Shown piece by piece: positions 1 through 10,112 of a stretch of 64,000 nt of DNA (position 1 is its first letter; each line of letters opens with the position of its first letter). Under the pieces are notes generated by a model. That model did no database searches, was not told the origin of the DNA, and saw only the letters and a program-made list of their open reading frames with translations. Source of the DNA: a bacterium (GTDB lineage: Bacteria; Electryoneota; Electryoneia; Electryoneales; Electryoneaceae); contig OY769902.1 in the NCBI GenBank assembly GCA_963669175.1, positions 864,001 through 928,000 on the forward strand, written 5' to 3'. The position numbers and the translations under genes are program-made.

Positions 1-503
1 GCCGGATCGACCTCTTCCAGCACATGGCTCCAGAACTGGGGCGCAAGGGTTTCAAGCTGATCAGAATCCAGCAGGGTGAGAGTAGCAAAGACATTCATCA
101 GGGGAAAACGTCCCGGGTATTCCCCGAAATTACTTTCGATACGCAATACCGCGGCAACCACTTCCGGTTCGACACGGCTGTCGCCCAGGACAGTGATGAA
201 TACGTCTTCGTGTTCTTCAAGGAAAATGCGGGTCCGTTCAACAGACGCCGGTTCAGTGAATTTCAAGTAAACATTGGTTACATCCGGTTGACGGATATTC
301 ATTTTCAACAGTTCGGGGATCAGCTCGAACCGTTCATCTTCGAAAAGCCGGTTAACTGTTGCCGGTGGCAGGCCGTCAGCGATCAGGCGCTTACGTAACG
401 GGGAAAAATCCGCTTCCGGGGTTGCTGCAATGGAGGGTAATGCCATTGCAAGGAAGACCGTGCAGGCGAAAAACAGCTTCAGGAAACATCTGGGGGCAGA
501 CAT
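1..503 (-). CDS. Lytic murein transglycosylase B (MltB/SLT_2) family protein, 3' end runs off window
   Basis: Not in ORF track. Manual translation from ATG 503 (AGGAG RBS upstream): MSAPRCFLKLFFACTVFLAMALPSIA (signal peptide)...VEPEVVAAVLRIESNFGEYPG, resembling the MltB catalytic-Glu motif (GVPxEIIVAIIGVETxYG). Confidence 0.75.
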   Translation of the reverse strand, partial: MSAPRCFLKLFFACTVFLAMALPSIAATPEADFSPLRKRLIADGLPPATVNRLFEDERFELIPELLKMNIRQPDVTNVYLKFTEPASVERTRIFLEEHEDVFITVLGDSRVEPEVVAAVLRIESNFGEYPGRFPLMNVFATLTLLDSDQLETLAPQFWSHVLEEVDP

Positions 504-570
504 GACAACAACTCCTGGTACGATTATAAACGCTTCATAGTATACTGGCAAATCCTTGACCTCAGTTCCA

Positions 571-1569
571 CTAGTCCACGATTAATTCCTTTGGCCCCTG
601 AGCCAGCCAACGATTGTATTTCTCCAGCAGAATCATCACTGCACGCATGACAATCTGGAAACCACGGCGCGCTGTGACTTTTGGCGCTTCGGGACGCTTG
701 ACCACGCCATGCACAATGCGGTTACGGAAGTCGGTCAGGTCTTTCAGGTGATCGCCGAATTCGACCGGCCAGTCGCCCAGGTTGGCGCTGAGGAGCTTCA
801 GTTTGGCGCGTTTTTCATTCATGCCCGGACGACGTCCCACCCGGCGAATAATCGGGTAATCAATTCCCAGCCGGTCCAGGATATGATCATAGAAGAAATC
901 CAGCGCGATCAGCAGCATCACAACTGCCGCCAGCTCTTCCTCCTTACGAACCAGGTCTGCCGCGTTCTGCAGGTAACTCAACCAAAGCGGCTTTTCATAA
1001 TCACCGGTTTCTCCGATAGCCATCCACATCAGCTTGAGGGGGTGGGCATCCTGTTCCGGGGCGAGGGTTCGAGTGAAAAATACAACACTGGTTTTACTGG
1101 TTGACAGGGGAAACGCAATCTGGTTGTTCAGGATAAGCTCAGGCAGGGTTTTTCCGCCCGGCATCAGGAAAAAGACATCCGGTTCCTTGTTGTAACGGAT
1201 ACCAAAGTCCACACTGACCAACTCGTTTGGAGGCAGGGTAACCTCACCGCCTACGGAATATCCTGGTACCAACGGGATCGGGTGAACATCATCAACAAAA
1301 ATTTCGATGTGCGCCTTGTAATTGTTCAGGTAACCGTCCACATAGAGAAACGTGTGACCGCAACTGGTGCAGGTTACCTGCATATCCAGGCTTTCGCAGT
1401 TATGTTCCCACTGATATTCGCAATTCGGGCAGCGAACAAGCTGAATTGCCAGCGCAACAGGCCCTGCAGGCCGGACCGGTTCGGCAGCGTTCTGAACCTG
1501 TTCTGCTACCTGTTCACGGTTTGAAGGTGTTGACGAACCGTTGGATTCAACAGGATGTTCCTGCAACAT
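571..1569 (-). CDS. Zn-ribbon protein with C-terminal HEPN-like domain
   Basis: CPNC...CTSC near N-terminus; C-terminal helical region AAVVMLLIALD...LTDFRNRIVHG (RxxxxH). Start at ATG 1569, just after the upstream gene's stop. Confidence 0.65.
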   Translation of the reverse strand: MLQEHPVESNGSSTPSNREQVAEQVQNAAEPVRPAGPVALAIQLVRCPNCEYQWEHNCESLDMQVTCTSCGHTFLYVDGYLNNYKAHIEIFVDDVHPIPLVPGYSVGGEVTLPPNELVSVDFGIRYNKEPDVFFLMPGGKTLPELILNNQIAFPLSTSKTSVVFFTRTLAPEQDAHPLKLMWMAIGETGDYEKPLWLSYLQNAADLVRKEEELAAVVMLLIALDFFYDHILDRLGIDYPIIRRVGRRPGMNEKRAKLKLLSANLGDWPVEFGDHLKDLTDFRNRIVHGVVKRPEAPKVTARRGFQIVMRAVMILLEKYNRWLAQGPKELIVD

Positions 1570-1573
1570 AACC

Positions 1574-3310
1574 TTAGTTCCTCTCCCGTTTGCCGACCGA
1601 ATTGAAGCGTATTTGAATCCCCAGGCTGCCATTCCGGGTGGTTTCAGAGGGCGTTTCCAAAGTACGTGCGAATTGGGCTCGGGTCCAGCCCTCTACCGTA
1701 CGGAACACACGGAAAGTAATTGTTGCACTGCCATACAGTCCTTCCGTTCCTACCTGCCGGAACGGGAACAAGCCGGGAATAAACGGTTCAATCAGGGTTA
1801 CAGTAGCGCCGTTGTCAAACTGACGAACCCAGCCTATTTGCACTGCGCCGTGAACAGCCGGGTTAATATCGGTCTGGAAATAGCCCGCCAATAGTTCCCC
1901 GTCCCCGTTATCTTCCCAGGTATGTTCATAGCGTAGTCCTTTACGAATGGCATCCATCTCATGATAGGTATGCGCCCGAAAACTTCGGCGACGGTCAGAT
2001 GTATCCTGCTCATACACATTTCCCAACGAACCACGCACATCGAGATGCCATCGTTCGTTTATTGGGCCAGAAGCATACAGACGTATCCCGTTGCGGTGTT
2101 GACTGTCATTGCCCCCGATCGGCTCACGATGCTCGCCTGCCCACCAGCCGCCGACAAGCCAGCGATGGAAAGAGGTTTCCAACCCGGTATAAAGACCGCT
2201 ACGTCCTGCGGGGTCATCGCCGAAAGGCAGAAACGGCCGTGCATGCAGAGGTTGAAAGGTGATTGTAGCACGGTAGACCATTGCAATCAGGGACAGGTTT
2301 AGAAAAGAGCGTTGCAGGATACCAGCTCCACCCCAGGCATCGTTATCCAGGTGAGTGATTTCTCCTGAAAAAGCCCAGATTTTGTTTTGCCACAAGCGTC
2401 CATCCACTCCGAAGCTGCGTATTGTCCGGCGTGAATCACCATAACGAAAACGAGATGCCAGCCCGTCGGATGCCAGCGGAGTATCCCATCGCGATATCCA
2501 CCCGGTAGCGCCAAGTTGGAATAATGTGCCTGTGTTGTTGTTATCGGCAAGCGTTTCCCAGGCTATATGAGCCCCAGTATGGGACTCGCCCAGGTTAAGA
2601 CTGTTATCGGTGCGTGAACCGGTGTGATCACCCTGGGTACTATAGGGCAGCGGACCATCCGAACCCTCACGCGCGTCATAGAAAGATCTTCCGGCCCAAA
2701 AAGATGTGTTAAGGGAACGATAATGATAGTCAAATCCGCCACCCTGCCAGCCTCGCCCCTCTTCACCGGAACGGTTGGCAGAAATTCCAGCAGTCCGGTT
2801 TTGTGAAGGACTCAGGGAAGCGTAGCTGGCAGGCAAAGAAGGCGAGCTGCGTATGGTCCAACCTAATCCCTGGTTTGCCTGGAAGCTGCCGAGCACGAGG
2901 GTTTGGTTGTCGGTAGCATGCTCCAGGTAAATGCGATACAGGTCTGTGAAGCTTCTTTCGTTGGCATCCCGTGCAGTCAATCCTCCAATACCCCACTCTT
3001 CTGAACGAACATCCAGGCGATTCCACAATGAAGGAGTATTGCCGGTTTCGATGTTTCGGTATCGTCCCTGGAGCTGGATGAAGAATGGGCGGCCGGTTGT
3101 GAGGGATGTGGTTGGGGTGTTTGGTGAAAAAGTTGATCCATCACCCGACAATGACAATTGGTCCAACCAGGATTGACCGGATACCAGGGAAGCGTTTTCC
3201 AGCAGACGTACCAAGCTGTCCGGATAAACCTCCGCACTTGGGCTGGGAATTGGGCAAGCTGCTGTCAGTATGCCTGTGACAAGGATATGTATCAGTCTAT
3301 TCCCTTGCAT
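1574..3310 (-). CDS. Putative outer-membrane beta-barrel protein, resembling the barrel of FCB ComEA/HhH-associated proteins
   Basis: 578 aa, signal peptide, LVLGSFQANQGLG motif (cf. GDYxxxFGQGL), amphipathic strands ending GSLGIQIRF. Confidence 0.5.
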   Translation of the reverse strand: MQGNRLIHILVTGILTAACPIPSPSAEVYPDSLVRLLENASLVSGQSWLDQLSLSGDGSTFSPNTPTTSLTTGRPFFIQLQGRYRNIETGNTPSLWNRLDVRSEEWGIGGLTARDANERSFTDLYRIYLEHATDNQTLVLGSFQANQGLGWTIRSSPSLPASYASLSPSQNRTAGISANRSGEEGRGWQGGGFDYHYRSLNTSFWAGRSFYDAREGSDGPLPYSTQGDHTGSRTDNSLNLGESHTGAHIAWETLADNNNTGTLFQLGATGWISRWDTPLASDGLASRFRYGDSRRTIRSFGVDGRLWQNKIWAFSGEITHLDNDAWGGAGILQRSFLNLSLIAMVYRATITFQPLHARPFLPFGDDPAGRSGLYTGLETSFHRWLVGGWWAGEHREPIGGNDSQHRNGIRLYASGPINERWHLDVRGSLGNVYEQDTSDRRRSFRAHTYHEMDAIRKGLRYEHTWEDNGDGELLAGYFQTDINPAVHGAVQIGWVRQFDNGATVTLIEPFIPGLFPFRQVGTEGLYGSATITFRVFRTVEGWTRAQFARTLETPSETTRNGSLGIQIRFNSVGKRERN

Positions 3311-4115
3311 GGCGCGGTTCCCAGTTAAGTTGATAGGATTGGGACCAGCCCAGGCAAGGGTGGTGATCGTAGCCTGTGTTTGCGGAGAAAGTAGCCCAGG
3401 CCAGGTTACATCCGATCAGGATACGTCTGGCGCCAGTATCATAGCCGGTGAAAAGCCTGATAGACTCCCAAACCGGAATGGATATAGCGGTAAACCATGC
3501 TGGTGGGAAGCTCTCTTCAAATACAACATTGCCCGTAAGCGAAAATGATTTCGAGACTTGCCAGTTTGCATGCAGCAACAGTGTTTTTTCAGGAGTTCCG
3601 TCGAAGCGATCCATTTTACTCGAAAAAAGGTTTTTGCCGGATAATCCTGCTGAAACGGGAAAGCAATGATAGATTACACCGGCGTGGACACGCCAAACAT
3701 GGTCGCTCCCGTAATTTTTTATCTGCACCTGGCCCCAGTCAACAGCTATTCCGGAAGCGACATTTGAAGTGATCAAGCCGCCAGCATGAATCCCGCATTC
3801 TCGTTCTGTGTATAGAGTACGACCAAAACCTGAAATGTGTATTCCAATCCCATAATTGCCAACAGGAACACAGCCGGACATGACGAAATGATCCAGTTCC
3901 TGCAAACCGAATTTACGGGCATATCCGGCCCCTATTGAAGGGTGCTTTTGGAATGGAAGAAAGGCAGGATTTGCAAGGAAAGAAGAACCAGAGAGTGCAA
4001 TTGAACCCGAATATTTTAACCAGGTTACTTGATGGTTAAAGGCTGCATGAGTTATTCCTGATCCCCAGAAAAGGATCAGAATAGCCAGACAATAGGGTAG
4101 TGTGGTACGTTTCAT
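3297..4115 (-). CDS. Putative outer-membrane protein (PorV/FadL-like)
   Basis: Signal peptide, early FLANPA motif, beta-strand pattern; overlaps next gene. Confidence 0.55.
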   Translation of the reverse strand: MKRTTLPYCLAILILFWGSGITHAAFNHQVTWLKYSGSIALSGSSFLANPAFLPFQKHPSIGAGYARKFGLQELDHFVMSGCVPVGNYGIGIHISGFGRTLYTERECGIHAGGLITSNVASGIAVDWGQVQIKNYGSDHVWRVHAGVIYHCFPVSAGLSGKNLFSSKMDRFDGTPEKTLLLHANWQVSKSFSLTGNVVFEESFPPAWFTAISIPVWESIRLFTGYDTGARRILIGCNLAWATFSANTGYDHHPCLGWSQSYQLNWEPRHARE

Positions 4116-4153
4116 GAGCCCAAGCGCTGAATGAAAGTGCTAATAATCTATAA

Positions 4154-7100
4154 TCAGGTCGTGTCCGTATGCTGGTTAAAGGTTTGTTCTGTTTGTGCTG
4201 AAACGGGATTTCCGGCAGAATCCAGGAATACATTCAAGTCCAGGATCCGGATGCCTTCAACATAATTGATTTCTTTGATTTCTCTAAGCTTTAAGAGAGT
4301 ATTTACCAAGTTTTTCATTCTTTCAACTTGTGCGGGAATTCGTTGGATCATACGTTCACGCACATCTTCAGACGCTTGTGGCATATTATAAAGATCGGAA
4401 GCGCCCTTGATAATTGCCAGTGGATTGTTGAATTCGTGTGCAATTGTTGCGGCAAGTTGGTGTGCTGTTTTCAATCTTGCCATTTCTATTTCAAGTTCAC
4501 GTTGCTGTTTCTTTCTTGCCTGGGTGATTCGCCAGCGGATAAACAACAGCACAAAAAATACGACAACGATCCCTACGAAGATGAAAAAGGCTGAAGTTTC
4601 ATAAAAGTAGGCCGGAACGACCAGTATTATTGGTGTAAGCATGACTCGTTTCTGCCCCAACCCATTCCAGGCGTTTACCTGAAACTCGTGTTTTCCCGGT
4701 GTGAGGTTGGTATAAAACACATGGTTGCGGTGGGTTGGTATTCTGAAATGGTCATCGAGTCCGGACAGGCGCCAGGAATACCTGTTTCTGCCCGGGTTCA
4801 GAAAATCAGGGAATCCAAGATTGATTTCGATTCTCCGTTTCCCCAAGGGCAGTGACACAAATTCGCTGACCGGGATACGTGTTGAATCCGAATAGATTGA
4901 GGCAACAAACGGCATATCGCCAGGTAGAAGCGAAGAAATCAGCTTGTTGGTGTTGAAGATAAAAAAGCCGTTAGGTTGCACCACCGCAAGTCTTTCATCT
5001 TGCATGACAACCATTTCATTGATCCTGGTTTCCGGCAAACCAAAGTATCGATTTAACAAGATTTGCAAGGAATCGCAGGTAATAAAAAGCCCATGCGAAG
5101 TTGCGTAAAAACTGTTGCCTGTTTCATCCTGGTATAATTGAAAGGTAGTGGCGTCTTCAGGTGTCGGATCACGTAAAACTTCAAGTGAATCCTTCGTTAT
5201 TTTAACAATTCCCGTATCAAAAATAAAATACAGATCACCATTCGGGTGACGGAATGCAGATTGAACATTATCATCGGGCAACCCATCACGGTGATCAAAA
5301 ACCTGCACTGAATCACCGTTGGCAATTTCAGACGAATCTGTAGCAATGCGCATCAAACCTGCCGCGAAGGTGCCGAACCAGTATGCGCCGTCCGGTCCGA
5401 TTTCACTACACACGGCAGCGGGTTCGCGCAAGTGCATATCGTAGGGAAGCCATGTGGCCGCGAGGTAGTCTTCTCTAAGGGTATGGCGACTGAATTTGTC
5501 CATGGTACCGAATCGCCGTTCAGCATCCCCATATACCCAGAAATGGCCATCTTTTATTCTAACGGTATATACCCAGCCACTTATAAAAACACTGTTGTCC
5601 TCGGTGGCAAGTATGGTTAATGGATAGGAGAACCACACCGATTCTTCCGCAAGAACACGAAGTATTTTCCCATCCCAGCGATAGAGTTTTCCGGATAATG
5701 CCGTAACCAGGCTTCCATCGGGTGCGGTAGAAATGTAAAAACGTCCTGGATGTGGTGGAAGGACCGGGGTTAGCGGGCGCATCTTCCCGTCAGCAATAGT
5801 AAGAAGGTATAACCGGTTAATTGTGGATATCAGCACATTGTTGTTTCTATCCAGGGCAAAAGCCCGGACAAGTTGTTCATTGGACAGGGCCTCTGAAATA
5901 ACGCGCAACTTGCCGTCTTGAAACAGGGTTATTCCCAGTTCGCCAGAGAATATCAACCCTCCATCCGGAAGAGCAATACTGTTGCTGATATTATGTAAAG
6001 CCGGAAAATCATTTTCTGAATACACATCCAAGAGGGTGGTTGTAAGACGTGATATCAAACCATTTCCATCCACCAACCACAGTGTTCCGGAATGATCAAT
6101 CATACCAGTCAGTATTACATTAGAGGGTAAACCTCTCGAATGGTCCAGCAGATTCCATTCTTCATCCTGTTGCTGAAACACACCAGATTCTGTCAACAGA
6201 AAAAGCTTATTGCCAGGTAAAAGAATAATCTGGTTTAAAACAGTGGTCCCAAGTCTTTTTGCCATTGGTGATATTTTCATGTTGCCATCTACCAATTGGT
6301 AGATAACGTGGTGATTCCAGGCATAGATAGTTCCGTTTTCAGAAATGGCCAAGTCTCGGAATTCTTTCAAACCGGTTGCCATGAATTCGGTGGGAATATT
6401 CTTGACAGCGCTGTTCCAGAGCTCAAGCCTTCGTTCCGATTCCGAGATTCTATATGCAGATAGCGCGATGGGCCTGCAATCATCCGGGTGGGGAAAATGG
6501 TATGGTTTAAAGACCAGCGAGTCATAATGGGGACACAACTCATGTTTTTCAACGCTCTCGTTGATATCAAGCAAGCACTTCAGCGAATCAACATCAATCC
6601 GAAACAATCCATGTCGTTCAGTTGCAGCCCAGACGACATTTTCCGATGGATTTCTTGCGAGGGCATGCGCCATTGTTTCCATGTGTTCCTGACGCGTACT
6701 GTCATAGAAGGCTATATAATGAGTGTGTTCTTTATAAGAAGCTAAAACGCCAGCATTGGTTGCCAGCAAAGTAACATCATCAACACGAATAATATCTCGA
6801 ATGGTTCTGTCTTGAAGGGGAATAGGTTCTGAAAGGTTTCCCGTTGTAAAATCATAAAGCCTTAGCCCGCGAAACGTACAGAAATACATTTTTGTTGGGG
6901 AATACTCAACTACTTTGTAGACATAATTATCAGGTAATCCATCCCTTACAGTCAGTTTTTCAAATTGAATTCCATCATAGAAAGAAACGCCCTCATTTCC
7001 CCAGAACCATATGATACCGCGACTGTCCTGCATCATGCCCAGAACATCACCAATGTTGGGGGTCTCGTCTTCACTGAAAGAAAAAATCGGGTAACTGTAG

Positions 7101-7186
7101 GAAGCTGACGGAGATGAGGCTGATGCCATACCTGGAAGTATTGCAACTAACAGGAAAAACCATATTCTATGCAAGAATGTAGCCAT
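4154..7186 (-). CDS. Sensor protein: two-component regulator propellers + YYY domain + TM + HisKA, no HATPase
   Basis: GLPDNYV/GLPSNVI/GLPDDNV repeats, YTNLTPGKHEFQV, TM helix, AATIAHEFNNPLAII; ends about 85 aa after the His. Confidence 0.85.
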   Translation of the reverse strand: MATFLHRIWFFLLVAILPGMASASSPSASYSYPIFSFSEDETPNIGDVLGMMQDSRGIIWFWGNEGVSFYDGIQFEKLTVRDGLPDNYVYKVVEYSPTKMYFCTFRGLRLYDFTTGNLSEPIPLQDRTIRDIIRVDDVTLLATNAGVLASYKEHTHYIAFYDSTRQEHMETMAHALARNPSENVVWAATERHGLFRIDVDSLKCLLDINESVEKHELCPHYDSLVFKPYHFPHPDDCRPIALSAYRISESERRLELWNSAVKNIPTEFMATGLKEFRDLAISENGTIYAWNHHVIYQLVDGNMKISPMAKRLGTTVLNQIILLPGNKLFLLTESGVFQQQDEEWNLLDHSRGLPSNVILTGMIDHSGTLWLVDGNGLISRLTTTLLDVYSENDFPALHNISNSIALPDGGLIFSGELGITLFQDGKLRVISEALSNEQLVRAFALDRNNNVLISTINRLYLLTIADGKMRPLTPVLPPHPGRFYISTAPDGSLVTALSGKLYRWDGKILRVLAEESVWFSYPLTILATEDNSVFISGWVYTVRIKDGHFWVYGDAERRFGTMDKFSRHTLREDYLAATWLPYDMHLREPAAVCSEIGPDGAYWFGTFAAGLMRIATDSSEIANGDSVQVFDHRDGLPDDNVQSAFRHPNGDLYFIFDTGIVKITKDSLEVLRDPTPEDATTFQLYQDETGNSFYATSHGLFITCDSLQILLNRYFGLPETRINEMVVMQDERLAVVQPNGFFIFNTNKLISSLLPGDMPFVASIYSDSTRIPVSEFVSLPLGKRRIEINLGFPDFLNPGRNRYSWRLSGLDDHFRIPTHRNHVFYTNLTPGKHEFQVNAWNGLGQKRVMLTPIILVVPAYFYETSAFFIFVGIVVVFFVLLFIRWRITQARKKQQRELEIEMARLKTAHQLAATIAHEFNNPLAIIKGASDLYNMPQASEDVRERMIQRIPAQVERMKNLVNTLLKLREIKEINYVEGIRILDLNVFLDSAGNPVSAQTEQTFNQHTDTT

Positions 7187-7222
7187 CCAATCAACCTGTC
7201 AAAGCAATATGGTAAACTTCTT

Positions 7223-8575
7223 CTAGCGAAGGCCTGGTTTTATTTGCTGCCTGGCACGCGGACTGGAAATACGATAAGGGGCAACTTTGTTTTTGTCCAG
7301 TTCTATAACTGCCAGGATAAAACCGATAACAATGGTAACATCCTTTGAAGCATACCCACTGGTAGCCAGCAAATACGTGCCATATTGCAGCAGTAACAGT
7401 TTTGCAGCCAAGTTGAAGATTTTATAGTTGCTCGTTCGTAACAGTTGCAGCCCCAACGCTATCCAACTTCCGCCATACAACAAAAACGCCAATAGCCCCC
7501 AGTTAATCCAGACTTGAATAAAGCTGTTATGGGCAACAGACCCCTTTTCACCCTTACCCGTTTTATCATACTTGGTGCCAACAAACCATGCAGCGTGAAA
7601 ATTCCCTTCACCAACCCCCAGGAGTGCGTACTCAGAAAATTGTTCTAAAGCAGCCGCATAGACACGTTCACGTGAATCCTGTTCCAATTCCTTATCAATA
7701 ATACTGAATGTCCACCGAGACGTTACAATATCAGCAGCGTAATAACTGATGCCAATAATGGCAATAGAAGCATAGACAAAAATCTTAAAACTACTCCCAA
7801 AACCAAATTTAAAACTGAAGTAAATTATCAAGCTACCGCCAAGAAGCATGATAATATATGCTGTACGCGATACGGTCAGAATCAATGAGATACTCGATAT
7901 AAAAAGAGCTACGTATAGAAACCATTTGGGATAATATTTTTTTCCAAAAATAAGCATGATCAATATCATAGACACAGACAATGCATGAAGTACGCCATTA
8001 TAGTTCCAGTTTAATCTAACAAACATCAAAGAATCAACACTTGTTCTTACATAATCAACATTACTCTTGCCAAACAAACCGATAGATGTGAAAGAATAGT
8101 TAGAACCATAGATAATGGAACGTATTATAAAAAAGAACATGAAGTATTTCAAAGCCCTGTAACTGTGTGCCACGGAAGCAATCGAAGCAGCCCCAAACAC
8201 CGTAAAGAAAAGATTGAATACACGTAAATAATAGGAATATGGATGATAAAACTCATTAGCCATAGAATAAACAAACAACAACAACATCAAAACCAAAGAA
8301 GTGTTTGTAATATATCGCATAAATATATGATATTTAAAAGATATGGCATAAACACCAAGAATTACAAATAAATAAAACAATATAGTTCTTCCAAACAGCA
8401 TATATTGATTGAGCGTGTCTGAAGCTGGCGAGAAAATAACAATTAACCCTAACAGAACCATATCAAACGTGAAATTGCTCGAAACATTCTTTGATGAAGC
8501 ATCAAGAAGCCGATAATCAGAAAAGAAAACGGTTTGGTGTTTACTTAAAAGCATATTTTTAGGCGAAACGCGCAT
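7223..8575 (-). CDS. O-antigen ligase/polymerase (Wzy_C) family membrane protein
   Basis: Many TM helices, LTVSRTAY, LLGVGEGNF, AHNSFIQVWINWGLL; start uncertain; AT-rich. Confidence 0.8.
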   Translation of the reverse strand: MRVSPKNMLLSKHQTVFFSDYRLLDASSKNVSSNFTFDMVLLGLIVIFSPASDTLNQYMLFGRTILFYLFVILGVYAISFKYHIFMRYITNTSLVLMLLLFVYSMANEFYHPYSYYLRVFNLFFTVFGAASIASVAHSYRALKYFMFFFIIRSIIYGSNYSFTSIGLFGKSNVDYVRTSVDSLMFVRLNWNYNGVLHALSVSMILIMLIFGKKYYPKWFLYVALFISSISLILTVSRTAYIIMLLGGSLIIYFSFKFGFGSSFKIFVYASIAIIGISYYAADIVTSRWTFSIIDKELEQDSRERVYAAALEQFSEYALLGVGEGNFHAAWFVGTKYDKTGKGEKGSVAHNSFIQVWINWGLLAFLLYGGSWIALGLQLLRTSNYKIFNLAAKLLLLQYGTYLLATSGYASKDVTIVIGFILAVIELDKNKVAPYRISSPRARQQIKPGLR

Positions 8576-8745
8576 CTAAAACACCTGTATAGTACAAAAA
8601 ATCTTGAAAAGAATACACCGACGCACACTCCTCGAAAACCCATATCTGTTATACAGGTTGTCTTTCCGAGCAGCGCAAAGTACTCAAAATAGAAAAGATA
8701 AATCAATGCCGCAAAAAGGCAAGATAGTCCTCTTCTGGAGGGGTA

Positions 8746-9999
8746 TTATTGATCCCAGCCACATCGCTGAACAATGAGCTCTGCCGGATGGAGCACTTTG
8801 ATGTGATCGTAACCCCTGTTATGAAAACCTTCCTGAAGTTGCTGGCCACACCCGGGACTGGCTGCAATAACAATACTAACACCCACCTCGATGAAGTGTT
8901 TCACTTTGCGTTGTGTCCATTGCTGGGCTTCTTCCGGGTAGAGGGCAGAAAAGGATCCCCCAAAACCACAACACAATTGGGATTCCTGTGATTCAACGAT
9001 TCTGACACCTGGGAGACGTCCAATCAATTCACGCAGCTTTCCGTGCGCTTTTTGAGTGTGTGTCAAATGGCAGGCATCGTGAATCGTTACATCCAGCGGC
9101 AACTGTTTCGTTTCAGGAAAATGCGGGTCGAGGCGATCGACCAGCAAGCTGGGAAAATCCATTGTTTTCTGTGCAATTTCACGCGCTATGAACGCATAAT
9201 CCTCATCCTCTTCGAGCAACGCGGGGATCTCATGCCGAAACGCTCCGCCGCAGGTTGCGTCTTCAGAGAGAATAAATGTCGGGTTCGCTTCCTGCAAAGC
9301 ATCCAGGTTTCTTTTCGCCAATCGTCTCGCGGTTTCCCAGTCGCCGTTGTTGAAAGCGGGGGCGCCACAACAAACCTGTTCCCGGGGGATAACAACTTCC
9401 GCGCCCAATTGCTGCAAGACTTTCAAGGTAGCCAGCGCCGGTCCGGGAAGGACATAATTGGACATGCAGCCGAGGAAATACGCTACACGCATCCGTCGAC
9501 GCCCCTCCGGCTCAACTGTTTCAGGCAAGCGTTTCAGCAGAGGGGTAGCCTGTAATTTCGGTACAGCCATTCCTCCTGCAACCATTTCGATGATTTTATT
9601 GCCACCGACCTTTTGTGTCATCGAACCCAGTTTCAGGGCTGTTTCAATTTTCCCCGGGTTTTCAAGGGCGTTGAAGACACGCTGTTTTGTCTTTTCGATC
9701 CCAACAGAATCAGCAACAATCTTTCTTGCGGTAATGAACAACAGGTCGGTTTTCACGCCTGCGGGGCATGCTGTTTGACAAGCGTAACAGAGAGTACAGA
9801 AATCGAATGTATCCGGTCCGATGTCTTGAGGGGTGAGATCACCCGCCAGCAAACGTCGCAGCAGGATAATCCTGCCACGAGGGGAAAGCAGTTCACGTTC
9901 TGACAACTGGTATGTTGGACACACCGTGTGGCAGATGCCGCAAGTTACGCAGCGATCAAGTTCTGCGTGCAGTTTGTACAAGTCCGGATAGTTTATCAT
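8746..9999 (-). CDS. glcF: GlcF-like (Fe-S)-binding protein (4Fe-4S dicluster + two CCG domains)
   Basis: CVTCGICHTVCP, CTLCYACQTACP, CCGAP, HDACH, CCGFGG. Confidence 0.85.
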   Translation of the reverse strand: MINYPDLYKLHAELDRCVTCGICHTVCPTYQLSERELLSPRGRIILLRRLLAGDLTPQDIGPDTFDFCTLCYACQTACPAGVKTDLLFITARKIVADSVGIEKTKQRVFNALENPGKIETALKLGSMTQKVGGNKIIEMVAGGMAVPKLQATPLLKRLPETVEPEGRRRMRVAYFLGCMSNYVLPGPALATLKVLQQLGAEVVIPREQVCCGAPAFNNGDWETARRLAKRNLDALQEANPTFILSEDATCGGAFRHEIPALLEEDEDYAFIAREIAQKTMDFPSLLVDRLDPHFPETKQLPLDVTIHDACHLTHTQKAHGKLRELIGRLPGVRIVESQESQLCCGFGGSFSALYPEEAQQWTQRKVKHFIEVGVSIVIAASPGCGQQLQEGFHNRGYDHIKVLHPAELIVQRCGWDQ

Positions 10000-10112
10000 G
10001 GCGACACTAATATACAACTACAAAGTACCGGCATGAAGAGTGAAAGGCAGGGAATTCAGAAAGAGGATCACTTCACGGATCCAGTATAATCAGGCAATAA
10101 AATCGACAAAAT

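Noticed and set aside
24-398. Plus-strand 124-aa ORF
   Set aside because: Antisense to the MltB-like gene at 1-503
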